Positions 1 through 12,706 of a DNA stretch of 64,000 bases are shown one piece after another (the stretch's first letter is position 1; each line of letters opens with the position of its first letter). The notes under the pieces were generated by a model, which searched no databases, was not told the DNA's origin, and saw only the letters and a list, made by a program, of their open reading frames with translations. Location of the stretch: NCBI RefSeq assembly GCF_006345805.1, contig NC_043008.1:4402001-4466000 (forward strand), given 5' to 3'. This stretch comes from Octopus sinensis (lineage: Eukaryota). A program made the translations under genes and the position numbers.

Positions 1-906
1 GTAGATTCCTCCATGATTCCCCCCCCCCCTTCTCTGTCAGCTCCTCATCTTATTTCAAGAACTTTTCTCTACACCAGTCTTAAAAGTGTGAAAAGTCTGG
101 TGACAAAATCTTGGAAAAAATTTTTTAATTTTCTAATTTCATACATCATAATAATGGGACGGTGGAAAGATACACAGTAATAATGGGACACTGAGGCCCA
201 TTACATACTCAGCTCTGAAAAGATATGTTTGCACATCTCAGTAGTAATAATATACAGCCTTCAATGTTATTGACAAACAGAATGACAGAACACATACATG
301 TATACACACACATACATGTATACACACACACACGTGTATATACACACACACGTGTATATACACACACATGTACGTTTTATGCTTAATTTACAAACATGAG
401 TATTCTTAGTATAAGGAAGTTATGTCTGTGTCTAGATTAATTTCCTTAGAGTAAGTCTACTGAATGTCTTCATGTTGGTAAATTAAGCATAAAATGTTTT
501 TATCATTCATTTTTACCAAAAACGTTCTTCAGCAACAGAGATATTATATTTTTAAGTATTCCAATGTTTTCACAATATTCCTCCTTATCTCTTAAATATC
601 AACTTGATTTTTTTATGGTTGTTTTCATATCTATAAGAAAATATTGTTTACAGAATATAATATATTGATTTTTTTTTTTAAAACATCTTTTGCTGCTATA
701 TTGTGTATTAAATTTTAGGGTGATATATTTTGGTTGAACTTGTTCACTAAGGATACAATTTCCAGAACACTAATCAATACTGAAACATCAGGAAACTATT
801 TCAGTCATACTTATCTTGACATTTATTATACTTCATCACAAATCTTTGGTTTAGTCTATCAGTTGTTTCCTTTGCTGTTCGCTGTTTTAAATAACCAATA
901 TCTTAC

Positions 907-950
907 CTATTAAACCAACTTCATTTGTACCTTCATAAAATGCAAACAAT
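907..950 (-). CDS. Candidate 44-nt internal exon of an unidentified host gene (xLFAFYEGTNEVGLIx)
   Basis: On the minus strand a long pyrimidine-rich acceptor (ttgttcctttatttgttcctag) and donor ATAG|GTAAGA bracket the segment. One of three frames is open (phase 2 to 1). No homology recognised. Confidence 0.33.
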
Positions 951-1147
951 CTAGGAACAAATAAAGGAACAACTAAATAAAACTAAATAAAGTACAAATG
1001 AACCCTAACATCTTCTGAGACAAATAATACATTGAACTATGTAAGGCCTAGGGTACATAAAAAAGAAGGTACGGTGATATTGGAACACTGTTGGTCATAA
1101 ATCTGTCCCCTCAAGGCTGTCTCAGAAAAGAGCTGATGCTGTGTCTT

Positions 1148-1184
<37 letters not shown>

Positions 1185-1301
1185 CACTACTACCACTAGT
1201 AGTAGTACTACTACTACTACTACTCTACACTACTACTACAACTACTACTACTACTACTACTACAACTACTACCACCACCACCACCACTACTACTACTACT
1301 A
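1148..1301. repeat. Compound (CTA)n/(CCA)n microsatellite
   Basis: Directly visible trinucleotide array with a short inverted (TAG)n patch near 1197-1207; source of the poly-L and poly-T ORFs. Confidence 0.95.
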
Positions 1302-1830
1302 CACCTCTACTGCCCTTGCTATAAAATCACATTGAAAACTAACTGTAGCTCCTGGTGATACAAAATGCAAACTATAAACTGCGAGGATGTTTGCATCTTA
1401 TTTAAAGAAACCAACGAGAGAGGGCTTCTGTGCATTTGCCTGATCTGCTAAAACCAAAATTGCTTCACTTCCTATCACATGCTACTATCATAATAAGGGT
1501 AAGGGGTATATTGAATCATGTAATCTTTTAATGTCCCTGGTTATAAGCCTGCTCAGTCAGGGTTTACAACAACTGAGTCTACGAAATCAACAGAAAAGAA
1601 AATGATTTTGTGATTTTTCATTAAATTGCCAAAAGTAAAAGCAAAAGTAATCCCAATTAAACATAATCAAAACATATTACTCGTTAGAAGGAACTGGAAA
1701 AATATGCAGGTGCAACTATAACTGTGTTGATTGCAGCCTGCAATTAACAAATGCCTTTTTGAATAGAATTCTAAAGAAAGAAACAATGCAGGTGCACACC
1801 AAATATGGAAATAGCTTTGTTCTAACTTTG

Positions 1831-1985
1831 TATGCAAGCATGGGTTGGATGGAATTTTTGTTCAGATAGATTTCCTAAGGCCAGCTGCAAACCCTCACCT
1901 GTTTCCAAGTAAGATATTTCTGCCATAATCAGACATGGAAGACCACAGCTTTCATGACAGTCACACACATGACAGAGTTCCACAC
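1831..1985 (-). mobile_element. Degenerate RTE-type LINE 3' UTR fragment
   Basis: gcatgggttggatggaat and aaccctcacctgtttccaagtaag match the RTE-tail-type copies at 53100-53300 and 57000-57250. Confidence 0.5.
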
Positions 1986-2138
1986 AGTTTCTCTGTAAAT
2001 TTCACTTCCAAGGCATTGGTTAGTTTCGGACTAGAGTAGAGAACAGTCACAAAATATGCTACTCAGAGAGACTGAACCCAAACCAAGTGCTTGAGAAATG
2101 AACTTCATAGCCATACCTCCACATGTGGCTATCTGTGC

Positions 2139-2222
2139 TTGTGTGTGTGTGTGTGTGCATGTGCGTGTGTGCGTGTGTGTGCGTGTGTGTGTGCTTGTGT
2201 ATGTGTGTGTGTGTGTGTGTGT
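2139..2222. repeat. (GT)n/(GTGC)n microsatellite
   Basis: Directly visible alternating purine-pyrimidine tract. Confidence 0.95.
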
Positions 2223-4289
2223 ACCAGGGTAAATCAGCATTCGAAATTGCATCCCTTTGTACTAATACTTAAGATGTAAACTAGTGATTTATTACGTAGA
2301 GATTGGTAAAATAAGAATCAAGCAAAAGTAAGTGTTGAAGAGGCTACTTCTTCATGGGTTCAATCTAATAACTAAAACCAGTAAAATAATAAGACAATAA
2401 TGCTAGGAAATATTTATGAAGTCATCCAGAACACATATTTAAATGTTGTAAGCTGTCTTGAATACTTGAATAAATTTAAGGACTTCAACCATTAAAATGT
2501 ATTTTTTATTAAAATTTCTTTCACAAAACTTTCATGAATATTACTATTGCCATAACTGTTCACTCATTCTACGCATAAATAACTTGGCTAATATTGAAAT
2601 ATCCGAGTGTTTTCTATTTACTAATATTCATCAATAGCACCATTAATGCGGTTAAAATTAGTTGTAATTCCTAACTGTATGCCCACCAAAAGTGTTCTTT
2701 TAACTCTGTGTGTGTATGTGTGTGTGTGTGTGTGTGTAATTCTGAAATGTAACAGAACAGTATGAAAATTCCTTTAACTGGATTCATTATTCGGTGTTTT
2801 TGTGTTTCATGATAGGAATTTATTCAAGCAATGAACCAACAACGAGTAAATCTGACAAAAATAAGCATTTTATTAACAAAGAGTGTGAATTGATTTTCAG
2901 AACAAAATTAACGAAACGATGTATAGAATCATTTAAAGAAACAGGTTAACATTTCAGTTAGACATTTCTTCAATTTATCAGCAAGCAATTCATAAAAGAA
3001 ATTCCTATAGAAAACTTCAGCTTCCTTGGTTTTGTTATTTTTAAAAAATGGCAACTCCTACAAAATAAAAATGAATAGCAATTTAAAGAAATATAAAGTA
3101 ATAGTAATGATAATAACATTAATAATAATAATAATAATAATGATGATGATGATGATGATATCCTACCCCAAGCATAAAATAAATAAGCAAACCTGGAAAA
3201 TTTGAATATGAATTTAAATTTACATAGAAATATTTACAAAATGATGAGAATAAAGGTGTAGAAATATGATGCAGCTGGTGCTAGTGGGAATCTGAGAAAG
3301 TTAGTAAGTTAGAAAAGATGGAAAAGACAGGAAAATAGCTACAATGATTTTCATGTAGTGTAATATTTGTAAAAAGCTAGAACAATATTGATGTGTTGTT
3401 TAAAGCCGAACAAGCAACAGGCCCCACCACTCTGTACGATTCTTTCTAAAATCATGTACATACACGCTTTTCTCAGGAACATTTGTCATGACTTGAAAAT
3501 AAAATCAAAAACATCTTTAGATGAACACAATCAGGAATAAATTTCATTCATGTTGAAATTCAATATAAATAATGGGGTAGGAAAAGCATCCTGTAAGCAT
3601 ATTACCAACATCTTTCACTAAACCTCCTTGTACTTGCAAATTTTTATTCATTTGATAAATTGTTTTATGCAATTTCCTCACTGACTTTTCTATTGTTTGT
3701 TTTCATAGCAGAAAGAAAAGAAGAAAAAAAAAAAAAAGCAATAATAATATATTAAAAAATAGCTTTTATCTAAACTTTGGAATGAAATTATAAACACATT
3801 TCGTTTTTTCTATTTATAGATTTCCTTCAAAAATAATGATTCCTTGCTTAGAGATTAATGTTCCTAGCTATAAAATGGACAAAATAAAATACAAAATAAA
3901 ATATTCCTGTTTGTGTAGTGATGTATATGTTTTCCTTATAACTATACATATATTGCTGTAGAATATTAAGTGAAGTGTAGAAATGTGTCACAACAGTGTT
4001 GATCTGATTTCCTTCTGATGTTTCAAATGAGATTACAAACTCTCACGCTCAACCCAATCCGACTAAATGAAAGACATTTATTTGAAATACTCAACAGAAA
4101 AATGATATAATATTTAAATATAATATGTACATATGTTATGTAATATATTCTATAATATATTGCACAATATAAAATATATTATACAATAAAGTGTATGTAT
4201 ATGTATACATATATATAGCATAGTATAATATGTTATTATAGTTTGAAAAACAGTGCAGCACATCTCTACATGTGATAAAAGCCAACTTA

Positions 4290-4420
4290 AATGGATGACA
4301 ATAAGAAAAGCATCTGGCAGTAAATTGCTGTCTCAGAAACCATATAGAACCCCTGCCAGCATGGAAGAATGGATATAAACTTGATGAATATGAAGAAACT
4401 GATAATGATGATGGCAATGT
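4290..4420 (+). mobile_element. RTE LINE 3' end fragment
   Basis: ccctgccagcatggaagaatggatataaa followed by a degenerate (GAT)n tail, matching the 3' end of the RTE at 16680-16717. Confidence 0.6.
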
Positions 4421-4559
4421 ATACAGCAAAGATTTTATAACTTCCTTCATACACTCAGCACACACAATAAAGTAAATGGTGGATGAGCAGAAAAAAGCCT
4501 AGAATTATGAAGTGTCTTCAGTTCTGTTTTGTTGAGGACTGAACTTCTCTGGCGCTAGT

Positions 4560-6750
4560 GACACCAGAAAATGCAACAAGTAGGACATCTCATAGAATAT
4601 CTTGTAGTATTTGACATTACTATCTGCAATTTTAGTTCAAAGTTCACTGTGGTCAGCTTAGCCTTTCAACTTTTCAAGGGATTAGAGTGAATATCAAAGT
4701 TGATGCTAAAAGAAAAATGTATCAAAGTAAAACTAAGTTTGCCAAACCATTACATCTTGCAACATCTATGGTGGGAACAATACATGACAACAGAGAGAAA
4801 ATTATGTCCAGATCTAATGTAATGCTAAAATGGAAAAACACTTGAGCATATAAACTGAGGATCAGAATCAGCATAATGTTACACTAATATAATGGTAATT
4901 AAAAGAAAAGCCAGAAGTTTATATGACAATTTGCCAAAAAAAGAAGTTGAAACTTCCAATGAAAAACCTCTTTTGGCTTATAAAGGATGGTTTAAAAGGT
5001 TTAAGAAGCGTATGGCTTTGCACAACATAAAAACGACTGGTGAAAGTGCGAACACGGATACAGAGGCTGCTACTAATTATTCTAAGCAGTTGAAGAGAAT
5101 TACTGCTGTAGGGGGCGACATACTTGAGCAAGTATACAATGTTGATGAGACTGCACTTTTCTGGAAGTGCATGCCTCTTAGAACTTTTATTTCTCAAGAA
5201 GTAAAATCCACAGCAGGATTTAAAGCTTCTAAAAAATTCATCTGATACTTCTTTTGGAAGGAAATAACGCTAAAGCCCCTAAACATGTAGCCCTCTGAAA
5301 ATCTTAGGGCTTTCAAGGGTTACACAAAATTTAATCTACCTCTGATTTGGCATTCAAATAAGAAGGTATGGTTGACAAAGTGCTTTTGCAAAGAGAGGTT
5401 TACAAATGTGTTTTGTCCTGTGGTACAAAGGTACAGTAGCAGACCTAATATTTCCAGGAAAGCATTGCTTCTTTTAGACAATGCACTGAGCCACCCAGTA
5501 AACTTAGATAACCTTTCTTTTAGACAATGCACTGAGCCACCCAGTAAACTTAGATAACCTTTCTTTTAGACAATGCACTGAGCCACCCAGTAAACTTAGA
5601 TAACCTTTCTTTTAGACAATGCACTGAGCCACCCAGTAAACTTAGATAACCTTTCTTTTAGACAATGCACTGAGCCACCCAGTAAACTTAGATAACCTTT
5701 CTGATAATAGGAGAGTAGAATATATCACCCAGAATACATTTCTTTCTCCAGCCAATGGATCAAGGTGTGATAGCTAACTTCAAGGTATGTCAGAACTCTC
5801 AAACAGTTTATGAAAGTGACTGACAGGAAGGATAAATCTAAATTTAGAGATTTCTAGGAGAAATTCAACATAATGGACGATGTGAATAATATAGCTGAGT
5901 CATGGGTTGAAGTGAAACCTTCAACTTTGAATATAGCTTGGAAAAGTATATGGCCAGACTGTATCCATGGCATTACAAGTTTTCCTCAAGCAGAAAGTTT
6001 ACATCAAATCCGGAAAGATATGGTGACACTTGCAAAGGATGTAGGAATTGAAGATGGTATGACTGAGTTGCTAGTGTCCCATGGAGAAAGTTTATCTAAC
6101 AAGAAGCTGAGAATACAGATGAGACAATGGATGTTCCTCCTGCACCACTTAATCTGACTACAAAAGTTATTGGTCAAGGGTTGGTACTTCTCGACAAAAG
6201 GTCAGCAGGTTTTTGATGGTAAAGATCTCAGTCATGAATGCAACCTAAATATTACAAGAGGCGTTGAGTATGAGCTCAGTTCCTATACTGAACTATTCAA
6301 AGAGATGATGCATCATAAACAACAAACAATTTCAAGCTGATGGTTGTGGTAACAAACTACAAGATCGTCTACATTGTCCTTCGTCCTCCTCGTAATGCCC
6401 ATTCCACCCCCCTGCAGCCCCATCTTTTGTAGCTTGATCTTACTCTCATGATATTACGATTCTTATTAGTTCATTGATCTCTTAAAATGTTTTTGTGTTT
6501 TTCATGTCCGTATATATTTTTACCCTGTATGTTTAGAAATGGTTATTTTCCTGTATAAAGGTGAACACATTGCAGGTTCTCTGTTGTTTCCTTGTGCTTT
6601 TATTTTTCTTTTTAATCCGTAGCAATGCAATCTCGTAATATGAAAATCAATAGGAAAATTAATAATTAATTTTGCCTTACAGAATTTCACATTATGGCAA
6701 GATTTTCAGGAATACAAATGCATTACTTCTGTCAACTAAGGTTTCTATAC
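4560..6750 (+). mobile_element. Decayed Tigger/pogo (CENP-B-like DDE_1) DNA transposon
   Basis: ORF 4892-5245 has KGWFKRFKKR and QVYNVDETALFWKCMP.RTFI; 5455-5500 encodes KALLLLDNALSHP; 5873-6157 encodes the C-terminal IAESWVEVKPSTLNIAWKSIWP. Multiple stops and frameshifts. Confidence 0.92.
5469..5702. repeat. Perfect tandem array, 5 x 46 bp, inside the Tigger transposase
   Basis: gacaatgcactgagccacccagtaaacttagataacctttctttta recurs at 5477, 5523, 5569, 5615 and 5661. Confidence 0.97.
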
Positions 6751-7587
6751 CTTCCTCTCACCCCCAAGTTACAGAGGCACTGCCTTCTGTTCTGACTAAA
6801 AAATAAGAAAAAGTTACTTTTCCATATCTCAAGTCAAATTATATCAAACTACTGAGTAATTATGTTGCATTAATGAGCAAGCCATTCCACATTACAGAGT
6901 AAATTACGTTATATTACAAGATAAATGAAAAAATCTTTAAATTTTGAGTAAATAGTCATTATATGTTTTATCAACTGCAGAATGAGGAGGAAACTTAGAG
7001 GATACAAAACTTAATATTGTAATGTATTTCCGTTAGTTCACGGCAACATCCACTGCTTCGATAATGTTAAAGATTGAGAACCTACTTCATTGAAGACGGA
7101 ATGTAAAACTCACATTATTTGAGTGTCTTTTCAATTATTGATTGGAGATACCTTTGCACACAAGCAATTTACCACAGTGTTTCCAATTAATTAACTACTA
7201 GTCGAAAAGAAAAACTACTTGCAATCTTTCAACTAAGTAACTGTTTAAAAGTCAACTCATAATGTCAATTTGATCGCATTTAGGATTTCATTATATTTTT
7301 GTTTTCCTTTCATTCCATTTTGTGCTCAATAAAATCTACTGTTATAGGGATGGCACGTGTGAGAAGCAGCTGTTAGTGAATGCTACATCAATAGGATGTT
7401 AGTAAAATGCCATTATGACTGCATAAATAAATAGCCCCTTAGGGTTCAATAATTGCCTCACAACACTGGAAATGTTGTGCAAATTAAAGAAAAATGCTGT
7501 TATTTTCAATGTATCATTCATATTTCAATATAAATATATCTTCCTTACGATTGATCTAATAATTTTCAAAAACCTAATCGTTTACAG

Positions 7588-7682
7588 GCCAGCAAAGGAC
7601 TCTCCATGCAGTCACACAACATGCTAAAAATAGTCGCCGTGTTTCCCTCAAGTTACACCTTCCTAAGGAAAAAATGTGTTTG
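7588..7682 (+). CDS. Weak candidate exon (xQQRTLHAVTQHAKNSRRVSLKLHLPKEKMCL)
   Basis: Acceptor cctaatcgtttacag with CTAAT branch-like motifs, donor TTG|GTAATT, one open frame, locally higher GC. No homology recognised. Confidence 0.18.
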
Positions 7683-8284
7683 GTAATTGTGGTTTCAAGT
7701 GTACTAGAATGTCTTTGGACATAAGTATGGTTGATCAGACATGACATGGCTCTGAGCAACAACTATTCTCTTCTACAATCTTTAATATTTCTTTTTAAAT
7801 TATTTATTAATAATCCATATTTTTAAAAACTTTTGGTGATATTTTGCATGAACATATGAACTAAGATCATTGAATATAATAAATTTACATTTTCTCCTTT
7901 AAAGATCATAGATTTTAGAAGATATTTTACCCAACACAAAATTATATCATAAATTAAATCCTTTCTGTTCTTCAAATATTTTCATTTTCTACTTGAAGAA
8001 TATTATTTATAAATTTTGAGGAATAAAATTAAATCAATTTCTTTAAATCTAATTACTATGTAGTTCATATAAAGTGACACTTAACCCTGACATTGACATT
8101 ATAGAATTTGTTTTTATATTTGAATTGCCATTTGTAAATAGAGATAATTAAGATATCGGTGAAGTGCAAAAGCGACAAATTAACCAAATTTATTTGTAAA
8201 GCAAGCTTTTCAATGCACACTCAGTCTGTGAAACCCTTTGGTATGTTCTGAGCTGCATTCAGTGCAGTTAAAGAAAATGTGCAA

Positions 8285-8442
8285 GGTGCAGCTGTGATTC
8301 CACGATAATAAGCTTGCTTTCCAACCACATGGTCCCAGGTTCAATCCCACTGCGTGGCACTTTGGGCAAGTGTCTTTTATTATAGTCTCAGGCCAACCAA
8401 AATCATGTGAGTGGATTTGGTAGATGGAAACTTAAAGAAGCC

Positions 8443-8486
<44 letters not shown>

Positions 8487-8596
8487 GGCTTTTATATCTA
8501 TATGTATAAAACACATGTGTTGTGTGTGTTTGTTTTTATCCCTCATCACCACTTGACAGCCGGTGTTGGTGTGCTTATATCCCTGTAACTTTACAG
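8285..8596 (+). mobile_element. SINE family B (tRNA-like head, internal TA/GT microsatellite)
   Basis: ccaaccacatggtcccaggttcaatcccactgcgtggcactttgggcaagtgtc head and gaagcccattg(ta)n core shared with copies at 27235, 43913 and 46845. Confidence 0.8.
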
Positions 8597-8765
8597 TATT
8601 TCTTCCTACTTACTACATTTTGAGTTCAAATTCAATTAAGGTCAACTTTGCCCCTTGCCCTTTTGGGGTTAATAAAATACGTACAGTTGAGCACTGAGGT
8701 CAATGTAATCAATTAAACTCCTCCCCCTAAAATTGCTAGCCTTTTGCCAAAATTTTAAAGAATTC
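8597..8765 (+). mobile_element. SINE family A (about 200 bp), 5' part degraded
   Basis: ttgagttcaaattc...aggtcaactttgcc...ggggt...gagcactgaggtcaatgtaatc core shared with many copies in the window. Confidence 0.8.
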
Positions 8766-8794
8766 TTCTTTTTCTTCTCTTTCTCCTTCTTCTG

Positions 8795-11108
8795 ATTATT
8801 ATCACACATGCCACTTTTACTCTAACAGACGTTATACCTACTCTATAGCAAAAGAGCAAGCTATATCCTTTGGGTTATTCCTTTCCCTTCAACGTTTTAA
8901 CACCCTCCTTGGAATCCTTGCTGTTCCTAACAAGATTGTTGTATGCAAGTTCCATCCTGATGATAATTTCTAGCCATGCATCCAATCTTTCACTAACCAC
9001 TCCCAGTGCACCAACCATAATCGTTACCACTTCAAATTGCCTGATTATCCATAGTTGACTAATTTCCCACTTCAGCCCCTGATATTTCTCAACCTCCTCA
9101 CTTTCCTTCTCATTCACTCCTGTGGTCCCATGGTTAAGCAATATCCATAATAATTGCTTTCTTCTTCTTTTCTATGATAACAATTTCAGGTTTTCTAGTC
9201 ACAATAAGATCACCACGCTGGATGGCCATGTCCCACAAGATTTTATACTCTTTGTTTTCAGCAGCCGTTTCCAGTTGGTTCTCACACCATTTCTCACTTC
9301 TCGTGTCATACTTATGAGCCTGAGCTTCCAGTGAACCAATCTGCTAATGTTGTCCTGCCTTCTCTTCTACTTTTTCTGTGCAAGCCTCTTACATTCGCTG
9401 ATGATGTGGTTTATTGTTTCACCTTTCTCACCCCACAACTTACAAACTTACTCACTTGTCAATATTGAACTTGACATAGTTCGTTCTCAGTGCCTGTTCT
9501 CTTCCTAGTCCATTCTCAGATCTTGTCTTTGTCAATTCTCTCAGGTATTTCCCATAAGAATTAAGCATACATTATTTTTATTTCCATTAAGGTGTGGTTC
9601 TGTCTTGTTAAAATTTTCCCTTTTTCTCCCTTTTCTTTTGCTTCACCCCTTCTTAGGACTTCTTTCTTTCTTACTCTCGCCATCAATCTCTCCTTTGAAT
9701 TCTTTATATGCTATGCCAGATTATTTTCTTCAGACTTCTCATACATTTCCCAGCTAATCAGACCACTTCCTCTTCTCTCTCATCATACATACATGTTCGC
9801 ATCAATTTTGTGTTGTAATGCCATCATTTTCCTGGTCTTTCTATCAAACTGCTTAAGTTCATCAATTCTCCCCTTTATCACACCAGTCCTCTTCCTTAAA
9901 CCTGCAATGGCCCATCTGCTGACAATCAGTATCTTATTCCTAACACTTAAACTCTAACACCAATTTCAGTCTCTCTTTATATGTCTTTGACAACAGCTCT
10001 TTCATTTTGTCTTTTCCCAAGATGTCCAAGTATTTATGCCTGTTGTCGCCAATTTTCTCCCTAACATAATTCCTCCTATCTTATCATTTCCACCTTACTT
10101 CAATAGTAGAACCCTACATCTTTTTATGCCAAATTCCATTCCTCTGTTTGTGCTAAATGTATGAAATGTCCGTACAAGGGAATCATTCTGTTCACCAGCT
10201 TTCCCAAAGACTTTCAGATCATCCATGAGCAGCGGGTGGTTTATCTTAAATTCATTTCCTCCCCACTTGTAACCAGCCTTTGCCCTTCTCAACCCTAATG
10301 AAAGTGGAAACATACACAATGCAAACAGCAGAGGAAAAAGACTGTCTCCCCCCTGGAATATTCCTCTCTTGATGTTCACAACTCCCAATGTCTGTATTAG
10401 GTCAGCTCAGTCTTCCAGCCATTCATATTTTGCTCACCAGAAAGTTTCTAGCGTTAGCTGCCATACCAAACATATGCAAACATTCCAACATCCAACTATG
10501 TGGCACATGTCATAAGCCTCTCAGTAACTGAACCAGGCCACGGCAATGTTTGTGCGCTTTAGCAATCAACAAGTGATCCTTAGTCCCCCTGTTTCTTCTC
10601 CTACATCCCTTTTGCTCTTCAGCTAGTGTCTCTTCTAGGCATTCAAGCATTGCCTCAGCAATGACACCTGTCATAAGCTTCTACATAAAGGAGAAGCAAG
10701 CGAAAGGTCTGAGGTTGTCAACTGCATTTCCTTGGCTGGGTTCCTTCAAACACATGATTGTTCTCCAAAAGGTTGGCCATTCTAGCAACCACTCTTCTCT
10801 AATCAAGATCTTATGCAGTTGTTCAGCAAATCTTCTCATGAAGGACACTCAACTCTTTCAACCAGAACCCTTGCACACCATCTCTGCCAGGGGCTTTCCA
10901 AATTGGCATCTTTCTACACCGGATAGTTACCTTATCAAACACTACCTCTAATTCTTCCTGTTGCTTATCCCCAATGTCATTTTTTACCTTAGTCACCCAC
11001 TGCACACTTCTTTGGTGATCTTTTCCTACACTCCAGATATCATTCCAAAACTCTTCTTTCTCCTGATATTGTACTTCCCTGCAACTTAAAAAACCTGCAG
11101 GGAGGTAC
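8795..11108 (-). mobile_element. 5'-truncated R4/Dong-type non-LTR retrotransposon (RT plus restriction-like endonuclease)
   Basis: Minus-strand peptides [31 protein letters not shown] and INHPLLMDDLKVF (MDDL-type RT motif), GMEFGIKRC, and C-terminal EKYQGLKWEISQLW..VVTIMVGALGVV; short (TAA) tail at 8796-8802. Confidence 0.9.
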
Positions 11109-11119
11109 ATTATTATTAC

Positions 11120-11150
<31 letters not shown>

Positions 11151-11164
11151 GTAGTGGTAGTAGT
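11109..11164. repeat. (ATT)n/(GTA)n microsatellite
   Basis: Directly visible; abuts the 5' junction of the R4/Dong element. Confidence 0.95.
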
Positions 11165-11365
11165 GATAGATTGGCAGAACCAGTCGAACACCAGCCAGAC
11201 CTTACAGTATTTGTTCTGGCACTTTACCTTCTGAATTCAAATCCCACCAAGGTTAACTTTACCTTTCATCTCTCCAACATCAATAAAAGAAAGTACCAGT
11301 CATTCTGGGGTCAATTTAATTGGTTAAGCTCACTCCCTAATTTTCAGCCAGTGTGCTTATATCTG
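11165..11365 (+). mobile_element. SINE family A
   Basis: ttggcagaacc...ttctgaattcaaatcccaccaaggttaactttacctttcatc core. Confidence 0.8.
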
Positions 11366-12199
11366 AAACTTTTATTTTTTTATTCTACATTCAGCTGTTT
11401 GGTTATCCTTTGCTTGTAAGGTTTAGGGTCAGTAGTTTGAGCTTTCAGTATTTTATAATTGATTTGGCTGACAGAAAAGCTGAATTCATCAAACCAGTAC
11501 TCAACTGGCATCTATCACCCCCACCACAAAAAAAAAAAAGAAAAAGGTAACCTTAGCCAGGTAGAAATTTAGAATGGAAAATGATATGGTCAAATGGCAG
11601 GAAAGCCATTTCCATTGACACAACTCTGTCACTCTGTTGTTCCTGTATTCTTAGATAATGAACTGAAAAGATTGACAACAATTTATATAAATATTGTTTC
11701 TGAATTAATGATCTACTTTCATTCACTTTATTTTCACTTCCACATCAGTCAAGAAGTAGTTCTCCATCTATTAATTTCTCTAATGTTTATGGGAATTTAA
11801 TAAATTAGATTTAGCAGCTGTTTAGTAGTCAGGGATTTGTGCACTGATTCAAAATTGCGCTTAAATCAGTTTAACTGTTTCTAGAACACATGAACTTGAT
11901 CAATACTGTTTATGTGCTGTTACTTTGACTGCAAGTTGATATAAATAACATCATTTGATTTGATTATTAAGTGACTACTGTGTTAAAGAGATGATTTGGT
12001 GTATAGCCTTCAAAACTTCCACAACTGTAAATATGTGCTGTATAGTCTCTTCTTCTTAAAAAGGTCTGTCTTTTTTGTTGTTGTTGTTTTTGGCATTTAT
12101 CATTTTCAACAGTTATTTTCAGTGATAGACAAAACCTCTTGTAAACTGAGTAAATGTGTGTGTGTGTGTGTAAAACATTTTGACTCTAGACAATAAAGG

Positions 12200-12372
12200 A
12201 GATCTATGCAGTCACTCTAATGGTTAGAAATATTAGCAAAATCACCCTTAAATTGCACCTCACGCTCCAATATCTTCAAAAGGAAGAGTCACTTTAGACA
12301 ATATGATTCTAAGTGCTCCTGACTGAAAAGCTTTTGATCCTAAGTCTTCTCTGTCTCAGCTGACTTGGAGTT
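12200..12372 (+). mobile_element. SINE family C fragment (ends in AAC-rich tail)
   Basis: gttagaaatattagcaaaatc...ttttgatcctaagtcttctc...agctgacttggagttaaacaac; similar to 17640-17800, 57730-57900 and 60200-60385. Confidence 0.6.
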
Positions 12373-12384
12373 AAACAACAATTA

Positions 12385-12706
12385 CTGCTGCTGAGGCCCC
12401 CTTCGGTCATGACTGACCATAGGATTGCACCTAGAAAGTTACCCTCCCAGGCACAAGTCTGGGCAAGGTTGTTTATGGAAGACCAGCAGTCACCCATGCA
12501 TACCGGCCTCCCCTCTCCACACCACCAATGTTATCCAAGGGAAAGGCAAAGGGGCCAATACAGCTTGGTCCCAGTGACGTCACAACTCATTTCTACAGCT
12601 GAGTGAACTGGAGCAATGTGAAAACACACAGCCCGGTCTGGGATTCAAACTCACAGCCTCACGATCGTAAGCTCGATGCTCTAGCCACTGAGCCATGCAC
12701 CTTCAC
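12385..12706 (-). mobile_element. tRNA-derived SINE family D with exact 12-bp TSD
   Basis: Minus-strand head GGCTCAGTGGCTAGAGC (A box) and GAGTTTGAATCC (B box), core CACATTGCTCCAGTTCACTCAGCTG; flanked by aaacaacaatta at 12373-12384 and 12707-12718. Confidence 0.88.

Noticed and set aside
1091-1335. Poly-Leu and poly-Thr ORFs
   Set aside because: Translations of the (CTA)n microsatellite.
5469-5702. Possible CRISPR-like array
   Set aside because: Units are contiguous with no unique spacers; it is a tandem duplication of transposase sequence in eukaryotic DNA.
12630-12706. tRNA-like sequence with A and B boxes
   Set aside because: It is the head of a SINE with a TSD; no complete cloverleaf or acceptor stem. 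The same holds at 8290, 39680 and 42195.
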